Origin: Nostoc punctiforme PCC 73102
GTDB taxonomy: Bacteria; Cyanobacteriota; Cyanobacteriia; Cyanobacteriales; Nostocaceae
Reading direction: 5' to 3'
DNA length: 32,000 bases
Assembly: GCF_000020025.1 (NCBI RefSeq)
Contig: NC_010628.1
Coordinates: forward strand, 6,090,001 to 6,122,000
Under the pieces are notes generated by a model. That model saw nothing but the letters and a program-made list of their open reading frames with translations, was not told the DNA's origin and did not search any database. Positions 19,101 through 25,860 of the stretch are shown here, piece after piece. Every line of letters starts with the position of its first letter. Position 1 is the first letter of the stretch. Made by a program: the position numbers and the translations under genes.

Positions 19101-19276
19101 CAACCAGCTTTCACCATTCCGGTGTTGGTGCGGGGGAGTAGCTCAGAAATCAACAGGTACTCATAAGCAGTTACGCCTTGGAGCGACCTAAAATTGAGTT
19201 GCACTAAGTGTAAGTCTATACCACTACTCTTGACTAATTCCTCAAGGTGTTGGGGGTGTAAATAGTGCAGATGCAT
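16121..19276 (-). CDS. CyRepA1-like plasmid replication protein: N-terminal DUF3854/Toprim-like primase region fused to a P-loop helicase
   Basis: 1051 aa. The N-terminus HLEELVKSSGIDLHLVQLNFRSL is followed by LILCEGVKKAATL (Toprim Glu) and FYICFDFETQ. Walker A is VKSAKGTGKTTAL and Walker B is AIIILDEVEQ. There is a long helical C-terminal region. The family call is from memory of Slr7037-type proteins. Confidence 0.75.
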   Translation of the reverse strand: MHLHYLHPQHLEELVKSSGIDLHLVQLNFRSLQGVTAYEYLLISELLPRTNTGMVKAGWLQRYAHITEGGWWCSGLDPLNNWQMMEWGCFKPNQPRQNHNAKSIKYEHPPSTPTRVFCLRVTLQLWQQVAGRYNLVMPENITITADGEARGFWQWVMQQNIPLILCEGVKKAATLLTQGYVAIAIPGITSGYRIVKDEFGKVTRRQLIPDLAAFAITKRSFYICFDFETQPKTIAAVNNAISQLGCLFQQKNCTVKVIELPGIEKGVDEFIVAKGATSFEKIYRQSVDLEIYLAQTKPHTELTIPAALTLNRPFIGEIPFPTSGLVGVKSAKGTGKTTALQAVVQQAKIRNQPVLLITHRILLGRFLCEKIGIQWGTHKENGDKRINKTLTPAPPILRSLSPQQSLGLCVDSIWKLNPGNWHGAIIILDEVEQSLWHLLNSNTCKHKRVKILRLFQQLISTVLTTGGLVIAQDADLSDVSLEYLQGLAGIKLTPWVVLNQWKPQQGWDVTFYDSPNPTPLIHQLELDLLAGRKCYVTTDSRAGRYSCETIERYLKERLQKLRRQFPKTLVVSSHTTNTPGHEAVDFIAAINQKISEYDGVFVTPSLGTGISIDVQHFDRVYGIFQGVIPDSEARQALARVRDDVPRVVWCAKRGIGLIGSGSTNYRLLSNWYQENQKENLALLSPLHKIDVDLPLVHDPIHLRTWAKLSARVNASIRLYRQSMQDGLIADGHQIQMRSNAVHNNIIRDLRLAFLATDADDLATRRRLVLEIVKVQKDWAQSRQKAKEIKRKIKDIKQQNQLSVAKAVANAKDIDYVEYDQLLGKHSLTDGERNQINKYVLTQRYGVEVTPWLKLQDDQGYYRQLLIHYYLTHESEYFHVRDQQEWHQQLSWGEGKVFLPDLKTYTLKVEAMRALGMLQFLEAEREFTESNPDLIMLKNVVFQHSKHIKRALGINLVGEKEQVSAIKILSRLLNLLGLKLKRVNEVYKIDLETLDDGRKSIFAVWHQRDELMLAHVKSVAYDLPDYSSDWKFEIIQAKPHTAVVKEEVAISG

Positions 19277-19749
19277 AGGGAAAGACCCGAAGAGAAGACG
19301 ATGAGATTAAAACATTAGCACGCATCTGTTTTTTTCCTATAAGCGAGATTGCTAGGCTTTTATGATGCTTTTTTTACTTCGTCACGGGAGACACATCGGT
19401 TAAGCCTCTAGTAGGTTATTCTGCCTATTAGATCCCCAAAGTAATAATTTTGTATTGTGATATTTATTCTATTTTAATTTTTATTTATCAGTAAATCTCT
19501 GCGTTAAGGAATGCGATCGCTAGAGGGGTTGCAGCAGCGATCGCTATAGGGTAACATCTTTCAAGTCCTACCTCTTCCGTCATAATTCCGTTTTTAACCA
19601 GGAGAGGAAAGAATTGGCATTGAGGCTTGGGTACGATTGCCCAAATTCAGCCGCGTTAATATATGAAAGATATGGTTTCTCACGTCCCATCAGAAATTTT
19701 AATTTTTAACAAATTTATTATTTTTAATTTAGCAGCCAAAAATATAAAA

Positions 19750-19787
19750 TCATAAAAACAGGGAGTTAAGATTGCTCTTAACTCCCC
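19750..19787 (-). terminator. Rho-independent terminator following the displaced chlB 3' copy and the 156-aa ORF
   Basis: The minus strand reads GGGAGTTAAGA-gcaa-TCTTAACTCCC, a perfect 11-bp stem, followed by TGTTTTTATGATTTT. Confidence 0.7.
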
Positions 19788-19795
19788 AATAAATT

Positions 19796-20266
19796 TTATT
19801 TATTGGCTGAAAAACTAGGCTCCGACAGCTTCCTTCGCGGCGTATAATACCTCAGCCTTAATTTACTTAAAGCCGCGCTCGCAATTAATCTTCTTGGTGC
19901 TGTACTAGCTTGTTGCTGAATAGGACGTAAAACTTCTAATTCACTAGCATGAGTTAAAACCTTGCCTAATGGCTCACTGAAATAAACAACTTGATAATTA
20001 GGCGCAAGTTCCGTTTGCAGTTGCTTCCACAGACTAATTCCTTCATCTTCAAAAGCCGCTTCAGCCTCTGCACTCAAATCTGGTGAGTTAGCAGGATCTT
20101 GCCAATTTAATATTTCATTGTAAGTAGATGCCCATTTTCTCAGATGGCTAATGGTTTCTTGACTGAGGGGCAATCTTGCTGGATCAATGTTACCAACTTT
20201 CTCAGCATCTGCCCACCATAGGGGGTCGCACCCATAATCAGCCATTAGTTTTATCTTTACTGCCAT
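19796..20266 (-). CDS. Hypothetical 156-aa protein (immunity/antitoxin-like candidate); the last 28 codons are read from the chlB remnant in another frame
   Basis: It starts 16 nt after the stop of the 128-aa gene. It is acidic and Trp-rich (ADYGCDPLWW.., LRKWASTYNEILNW..). No family recognised. Confidence 0.55.
   Translation of the reverse strand: MAVKIKLMADYGCDPLWWADAEKVGNIDPARLPLSQETISHLRKWASTYNEILNWQDPANSPDLSAEAEAAFEDEGISLWKQLQTELAPNYQVVYFSEPLGKVLTHASELEVLRPIQQQASTAPRRLIASAALSKLRLRYYTPRRKLSEPSFSANK
19815..19882 (-). pseudogene. Displaced, diverged copy of the last 68 nt of chlB (in-frame stop)
   Basis: An ungapped hand alignment to 20830-20897 gives 55/68 identities. It translates ..[20 protein letters not shown] against ChlB ..[21 protein letters not shown]. 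Confidence 0.85.
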
Positions 20267-20282
20267 AGCTATTCAGGTGAAA

Positions 20283-20669
20283 TTATGGTAAAGAGGCGGG
20301 ATTAGCTCCGACTATATAACCATTATCACCCACAGTCACTGCTATATACTGTGTTTGTCCATTAAAAATTACTTCATAGATTTCCCGGCGAGGTTCTATC
20401 GTTCCTTGATAACCACGAAAGATTCCTTTTGTCACAGCAGCCATAACAGCATCCGGGATTTCATTCTCGGAGATTCCACGTTTGGCAAAGTCCTCTTGAT
20501 GTTTATTTAAGATGTGTGCTAGTCCACTTCCTCTTATACCAGCTTTTCCTTGCTCTAAAAATACAATTTTGCCATCGGCTAGCTTGGCAATCTGCACAAT
20601 CTTTTCCGGACTGTGATTAATACCAGCCTGACATAATGCCGCAAACAATGCCGCTTTGCCATCGTTCAT
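20283..20669 (-). CDS. Hypothetical 128-aa protein (BECR/DUF4258-like toxin candidate)
   Basis: GLAHILNKHQEDFAKRGISENEIPDAVMAAVTKG, then beta-strand-like EIYEVIFNGQTQYIAVTVGDNGYIVGANP. By eye this resembles the H..R..eRGIs.eEv..vl..G...vvv...g.IvTayP template. An AT-rich putative promoter region lies upstream (20670-20760). Confidence 0.55.
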   Translation of the reverse strand: MNDGKAALFAALCQAGINHSPEKIVQIAKLADGKIVFLEQGKAGIRGSGLAHILNKHQEDFAKRGISENEIPDAVMAAVTKGIFRGYQGTIEPRREIYEVIFNGQTQYIAVTVGDNGYIVGANPASLP

Positions 20670-20763
20670 ATTTAATTTAGTTATTTTAAATAGTTGTTAA
20701 TAGAAATATAAAAATTAATATTAAATCTATGATATCTCACCAATTTAATTTTTATTACTAAAG

Positions 20764-20804
20764 CGAAAAAATGGGGGTAAAGAGTATACATAACTCCTTA
20801 CCCC
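20764..20804 (-). terminator. Rho-independent terminator of chlB
   Basis: The minus strand reads GGGGTAAGGAG-ttatgtata-CTCTTTACCCC, an 11-bp stem with one G.U, followed by CATTTTTTCG. Confidence 0.7.
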
Positions 20805-20829
20805 TCGATCTTATTGATTAACCGCTTAT

Positions 20830-22356
20830 CTACGCCCCCACAGCTTCCTTAGCGGCGTACAACACCTCAGCGTTGATTTCTTTGAAACCGCGATCGCGGG
20901 CAAATTTCTCAGTATTTCGCTTCACTTTGCCGCGCACAAATCCAGGAATCTTATTCAATTCTGCTTGACCATCTTTTGTCCAATTCAAATCAGAATCAGC
21001 AGAAATTCCCCTAGTAATAACTTCTTTGGTATCGTGACCACCGAAGATTTCTAACAGGTGATCTTCCATTCCCAAAGTGAAGGAATTGTAGATTAAATCT
21101 GTAATTTGATTCGTGCCTTCGTAACCCATAAATGGTTTGTAACCAATAGGGAAGTTTTGGACGTGGATTGGTGCAGCAATTACGCCGCAGGGAATATCCA
21201 AACGCTTACCAACGTGGCGTTCCATTTGGGTGCCGAAAATGGCAGAGGGTTCGACACGAGCAATCGCATCCCCAATTTCACCATGATCTTCGGAAATTAG
21301 CACTTCATCGCAATACTCGCTAACCTGTTCGCGGAACCAGCCTGCATCATATTTGCAGTAGGTTCCAGCCCAAACAACATGAATCCCCATTTCTCGCGCC
21401 AGAATCTTAGTAATGGCGGCGGCGTGGGTGTTGTCACCAAAGACCACAGCTTTTTTGCCAGTCAAGTTTTGACAGTCAATTGAACGGGAGAACCAAGCAG
21501 CTTGAGAGACATGGAGGGTTTGTTCATTGATGAAGTTTTCGTAGTCGACTTCTGCACCTTGAGCGTTAATTACCTGCTGAATCTTGCGAATACAACGGGC
21601 AGTTTCCACTACACCCATTGGAGTAATGTCTATATAAGGTGTGCCGAATTGTTCTTCCAGGTAACGCGCTGTGGTCAAACCGAGTTCACGGTAAGGCACC
21701 AGGTTAAACCAAGCTTGGGACATCTTTTTCAAGTCATTCACCGAAGCACCTTCAGGAATCAAGGTATTAACCTTAATTCCCAAATCAGCCATCAGCCGCT
21801 TGAGTTCGGTGCAATCGTGATTGTTGTGGAAACCGAGGGTAGTAGTACCGATGATGTTAACCGAGGGCTTTGCAGTTTTGCCCTCAGCTAATTCGCCCCG
21901 CTTCCGGGCTTTTTCAATGTAGTATTGGACAATTTGATCGAGAGTGCGATCGGCGGCTTGCAGTTCGTTATAGCGGTAGTGGTTTACATCCGCCAGCATT
22001 ACGTCTCCTTTCGCTTCCAACTGCGCCCGTTCGACAAAGTTGTGCAAATCCTCTTGCAAGATGCTGGAGGTGCAGGTGGGAGTTAACACAATCAAATCTG
22101 GGTGTTCCTCGGCATCCTTGCGGACGATGTTATCTACTACCTTCTCTTGGGAGCCGCGTGCCAAAACGTTGCGATCGACGACACTGGTTGTTACCGGAGT
22201 GAAATCCCTCTCCCGCGATAGCATGGAGCGCATGACGTTAAAGTAGTCATCGCCAATGGGAGCGTGCATGATCGCATGGACATTTTTAAAAGAGCTAGCG
22301 ATTCGCAGAGTGCCGATGTGGGCTGGGCCTGCATACATCCAGTAAGCCAATTTCAT
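20830..22356 (-). CDS. chlB: Light-independent protochlorophyllide reductase subunit B
   Basis: [46 protein letters not shown].. is canonical ChlB. I set the start at the Met giving 508 aa. The 11 extra upstream codons in the ORF track are probably not translated. Confidence 0.95.
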   Translation of the reverse strand: MKLAYWMYAGPAHIGTLRIASSFKNVHAIMHAPIGDDYFNVMRSMLSRERDFTPVTTSVVDRNVLARGSQEKVVDNIVRKDAEEHPDLIVLTPTCTSSILQEDLHNFVERAQLEAKGDVMLADVNHYRYNELQAADRTLDQIVQYYIEKARKRGELAEGKTAKPSVNIIGTTTLGFHNNHDCTELKRLMADLGIKVNTLIPEGASVNDLKKMSQAWFNLVPYRELGLTTARYLEEQFGTPYIDITPMGVVETARCIRKIQQVINAQGAEVDYENFINEQTLHVSQAAWFSRSIDCQNLTGKKAVVFGDNTHAAAITKILAREMGIHVVWAGTYCKYDAGWFREQVSEYCDEVLISEDHGEIGDAIARVEPSAIFGTQMERHVGKRLDIPCGVIAAPIHVQNFPIGYKPFMGYEGTNQITDLIYNSFTLGMEDHLLEIFGGHDTKEVITRGISADSDLNWTKDGQAELNKIPGFVRGKVKRNTEKFARDRGFKEINAEVLYAAKEAVGA

Positions 22357-22728
22357 GTTTGTGTTCTCCCTTTTCAATAGAAATAACACGGAGTCCGATA
22401 AGAGTGGACTATAAGTGCTTGATTATTATTAAATCGTTTCTGATTGTCTCAAAAGTTGTAGCCCTCTTGAAGTGAAGACTTGTAAGGGTTTTAGCTGCGG
22501 TGTGTAGGCGTAGGCATAGCTCAAACCTTGTTTCTGATTGGAATCTAGCTTCTGAATTGAACAATATTACTGTTGCTTTTTTAAAATAAATCTTAATTTT
22601 TCGGCAAATTTGTTTTCAATGTGGGGCGGTGTCTTATACCAATTCTGTATGAAGATGCGCTAAATCAGATTTAAGTACAAGAAAGAAGAACGAACCGCAA
22701 AGGACACGAACAAAGGAAGAAAGTAAGT

Positions 22729-22893
22729 AGGATTAGCCCTTTCAAGGTGGTGAAATTTTTGGACAATATTCCTATTTTCTCTGTGTTCTCTGCGTCTGGA
22801 GTGGTTAGATAAATTACTTTTAAACCGCAGAGACACAGAGAGCGCAGAGAGAAGAAAAGAGATTTAACGAGTCACCTTCAAAGGGCTAGTCCT
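22729..22893. mobile_element. MITE-like palindromic element (about 165 bp)
   Basis: AGGATTAGCCCTTTCAAGGTGGTGA at the left end pairs with GAGTCACCTTCAAAGGGCTAGTCCT at the right end, with a few mismatches. An inner inverted pair is TTCTCTGTGTTCTCTGCGTCTG / CGCAGAGACACAGAGAGCGCAGAGAG. Confidence 0.5.
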
Positions 22894-22959
22894 AGAAAGA
22901 ACAAAATTAAAGTATGGGTGACTTTTGACTTCCGCCTTGCGGTACTAGAGAGGCGTTAA

Positions 22960-23529
22960 TTACTGCCGAAAAATTTCTACTTTTTGTAACACCACTTCTT
23001 GATTCGGACGATCTCTAGTCGTGGGCACATTAGCGATCTTGTTGACTATATCTAGACCTTGGACAACTTCACCAAAAACACTGTGTTTGTTGTCAAGGTG
23101 AGGCGTTGGTGCTTCTGTAATGAACCATTGCGAACCATTAGTACCGCGTCCCGCATTAGCCATCGACAGGATACCTGCACCAGTGTGTCTCAATTCAGGA
23201 TGAAACTCATCCTCAAATTGATATCCTGGGCCACCAGTACCCCATCGGCTGGCTGTATCTAAATAACGACTCAGAGGATCGCCACACTGAATCATAAAAT
23301 CAGGGATGACCCGGTGAAAGCGAACCCCATCGTAAGCTGGAGTTCCTTTGCCAGATTCACCAGTTTTAGGGTCTTTCCAGTCGATTGTTCCGGTTGCTAG
23401 ACCAACAAAATTTTTGACGGTGTTGGGGGTTCGCTCTTCTTCCAAACGAACTACAATTTCACCCAAGGAAGTAATTAAACGAGCGTGCAGCTTGCCATTA
23501 CCGGGAATATTAATTTCTGGAAAGTTCAT
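22960..23529 (-). CDS. Cyclophilin-type peptidyl-prolyl cis-trans isomerase
   Basis: Motifs [15 protein letters not shown] and [18 protein letters not shown]. The start is taken at MNFPEINIP.. (23529); the ORF track extends 7 codons further, to 23550. Confidence 0.9.
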   Translation of the reverse strand: MNFPEINIPGNGKLHARLITSLGEIVVRLEEERTPNTVKNFVGLATGTIDWKDPKTGESGKGTPAYDGVRFHRVIPDFMIQCGDPLSRYLDTASRWGTGGPGYQFEDEFHPELRHTGAGILSMANAGRGTNGSQWFITEAPTPHLDNKHSVFGEVVQGLDIVNKIANVPTTRDRPNQEVVLQKVEIFRQ

Positions 23530-23649
23530 TAGATATCCTACTTTTAACAAGTGCCAGTATTTGACCTATATAAGTTTATCAGCATTCAAGTTACCGCCTT
23601 TAGACATGACAAAAAACCTGAAGGAAGGAAACTTAAGCCAACAAATATT

Positions 23650-25656
23650 TTACTCAGGTAAATTTATCGCTGGATTCCGGTTAAAGAATCCTCTAGGGAC
23701 TAGCTTAAAGCCAACTCGGTGAACAGGCATCACAGGCCAATCTTCCGATCGCGGAATATGAGTTACGCCCATTGTGTACCACAGCACAATATCTTCACCC
23801 ATCAAGGGTTCATCATCTGCAATATATTTTGGTAAACCTTGTCCTGGTTGAGTCTGATTAGGATAATCGCCGCCAGCATAGAGTTCAGTAGGTTTATATT
23901 TTGTTACCCAGACGTGATGAGTCGCAAATTCTGCCCGTTGACGGATTTTTGAGCCTTCCACAGGGAGAAACATGGAGTTTCCACCAGGCATCAGCATATA
24001 TCCAGGTGCAGCCCCTAACGGATTTTTCTTATCGGCACTAACAATCATCCATTCCCGACTGCTTTTCATATCTAAATCGCGTATAGCAGCCGTTTCTTTA
24101 GTGAGTGGGGTTTCTGCAACTGCGATCGCATTTCCTAATGGATTTTTCTCATCCATTGGCAAAGCTTTCACGTTCATTTCCATCACAGAATTAGCTTGAC
24201 CATCTACATCAAAATCTAGGCGGTAGTTGAAAAAATGCTGGTGATTTACTCCAAAGATATTCTTTGCGATTAGGCGACCATAGGAATCATCCTCTGATTG
24301 CTTTTGAGCAACCGTTCCCTGCGCCAGTACGATACCTGTTAATTCATTTTGGACTTCCAAAGTCCCATCCTGGTGAAAAATCCAATTCAGGCTGTAATCA
24401 TAATTGTCAACAGCCGTAGTCATCGACATCACTAATTCTCGACTGCGACGGACATCATTACGCTGAGTATTGTAATCATAGTGTTTCCACAGCATTCCGC
24501 GATCGCGTTCATAGATGCCAACAACCCCTGGTATCTTATAAGGTTCTCCCTGCTCATTAGCAAATACAGCATCCAGCAAAAGGCCGTTTTCAGGAATTTC
24601 CTTACCTAACTCCATCGTATTTGCTAGCAAACCAAGATTATATTCCCCAACATCAAATGCATTCCTAAACGACCAGGTGGGATCTGGATCGCCGTAAGGG
24701 ACTACCATCTCCGAGATGCTAGCGCGGTATAAAACTGGTCTGATATTTTTCCCATCATCGTATGTTACTTGGTACAATGCCAATCCACTACGAGGATGCA
24801 TTAAATACCGAAACTTCCAACCTTGCCAGCTAATTTCATTGTCTTTAATCTGGAAACTTTTACCATTGGGTTGGAGAAGTTTCAATGCTTTCGGCGCTGA
24901 AAGTAATTTGCCCAAGGATTTTAGATCATAGTTCCAGTTTTCTTTAGAGAAAGGTACGTTTCCCTTGTCAATGAAACTGACGATTTTACCTGTGTTCAAA
25001 TTGACAGTTGCTACTACTCCCTCAATGGGACTACCGTAATAATTCCAGTTTTGTCCCTGGTAATAAGATAAGCTGCGGCAAAGACGATTACCTGCCGCTT
25101 CTTCCTGTTGACTCAGGATTCCTGGGGCCCATGAACTGATTTTGACACGATCAAAATCGGTAATTCCTCGCCTTAGCATCGCTTTTTGCCATCGAGGATC
25201 GGCTTTAACTACCTTAGTTGCCAATTCATATTCTGGATTGACGATCGCAGGCTGAACAAAGGGTATTTCTTTCCAGGAATTTAAAGTTTTGTTTTTTAGA
25301 TCAACAATTCCCTCATAAGTTTTGTTTTGCGTAGGACAGCGTCCTTGCCGCAGGCATCGCTCATAGATTATCAAAAAAGCTTTTCTTGCGAAAGCTTTAC
25401 CAGGTGTAAATTTTAGAACTTCTTCTTTATCTGGTTCTTGTAAAGCAATCAGTGGAAAAGCTGCCATTTCGCTCAAAGTTTTTTCTTTTTGAATGACCGA
25501 AACAGCTGTACTAATTTCTGCCTCTGTTAGCGAAGTAAGAGGATGGGAAATCGCAGGCTGTAGAGCCGTCAATATTCCCATTAATCCAATTGAGAGAGAA
25601 ATAAAAACAATTATGGCAATAGCTAGCCACAAAAAACGCCTTAGCCGCTTAATCAT
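23650..25656 (-). CDS. Copper-containing primary amine oxidase (TPQ cofactor, TynA-like)
   Basis: TPQ consensus TTAVDNYDYSLNWIFHQDGT and the Cu-ligand region VNHQHFFNYRLDFDVDG. HIPRSEDWPVMP lies near the C-terminus, and there is an N-terminal signal/anchor. Confidence 0.9.
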   Translation of the reverse strand: MIKRLRRFLWLAIAIIVFISLSIGLMGILTALQPAISHPLTSLTEAEISTAVSVIQKEKTLSEMAAFPLIALQEPDKEEVLKFTPGKAFARKAFLIIYERCLRQGRCPTQNKTYEGIVDLKNKTLNSWKEIPFVQPAIVNPEYELATKVVKADPRWQKAMLRRGITDFDRVKISSWAPGILSQQEEAAGNRLCRSLSYYQGQNWNYYGSPIEGVVATVNLNTGKIVSFIDKGNVPFSKENWNYDLKSLGKLLSAPKALKLLQPNGKSFQIKDNEISWQGWKFRYLMHPRSGLALYQVTYDDGKNIRPVLYRASISEMVVPYGDPDPTWSFRNAFDVGEYNLGLLANTMELGKEIPENGLLLDAVFANEQGEPYKIPGVVGIYERDRGMLWKHYDYNTQRNDVRRSRELVMSMTTAVDNYDYSLNWIFHQDGTLEVQNELTGIVLAQGTVAQKQSEDDSYGRLIAKNIFGVNHQHFFNYRLDFDVDGQANSVMEMNVKALPMDEKNPLGNAIAVAETPLTKETAAIRDLDMKSSREWMIVSADKKNPLGAAPGYMLMPGGNSMFLPVEGSKIRQRAEFATHHVWVTKYKPTELYAGGDYPNQTQPGQGLPKYIADDEPLMGEDIVLWYTMGVTHIPRSEDWPVMPVHRVGFKLVPRGFFNRNPAINLPE

Positions 25657-25764
25657 CTTTCACATTCTTACAAAAGACGTATAGTTATCTATTTCTAAGC
25701 CGAAGCTTGAAACCCGATAAATTAACAGGGCTTACGCAACAAATAGCCAAAATCTTGATTTTCT

Positions 25765-25860
25765 GAGGCAATTCATGTAGACGCATTTGCGGAGCGTCTC
25801 GTAGAGAAGCGTCTACTCTACGAGTTCTCCAACGGAGTACCCGCAGGGTATTGCCCCTAC
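25765..25860. repeat. Palindromic element split by a nested 72-bp small dispersed repeat
   Basis: GAGGCAATTCATG, then [TAGACGCATTTGCGGAGCGTCTCGTAGAGAAGCGTCTACTCTACGAGTTCTCCAACGGAGTACCCGCAGGGT], then ATTGCCCCTAC. The flanks equal the two halves of the intact palindrome at 15804-15831. Confidence 0.65.

Noticed and set aside
16121-19276. Absence of HIP1 (GCGATCGC) from the rep gene, the beta-helix gene and the two-gene cassette as evidence of foreign origin
   Set aside because: I count 25 HIP1 sites in the window. However, equally long HIP1-free stretches cover ordinary genes (about 5.0-9.4 kb and 10.0-13.7 kb), so absence over 1-3 kb is not discriminating.
21106-22246. Four plus-strand ORFs (64-129 aa) inside chlB
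   Set aside because: They lie antisense to, and entirely within, a strongly supported conserved gene. Their translations are low-complexity, Arg/Cys/Ser-rich nonsense typical of shadow ORFs.
22357-22389. N-terminal extensions in the ORF track for chlB (11 codons), the DUF4330 gene (43 codons, 13047-13175) and cyclophilin (7 codons, 23530-23550)
   Set aside because: The conserved protein N-termini begin at the internal Met codons, so the extensions are probably just open upstream sequence.
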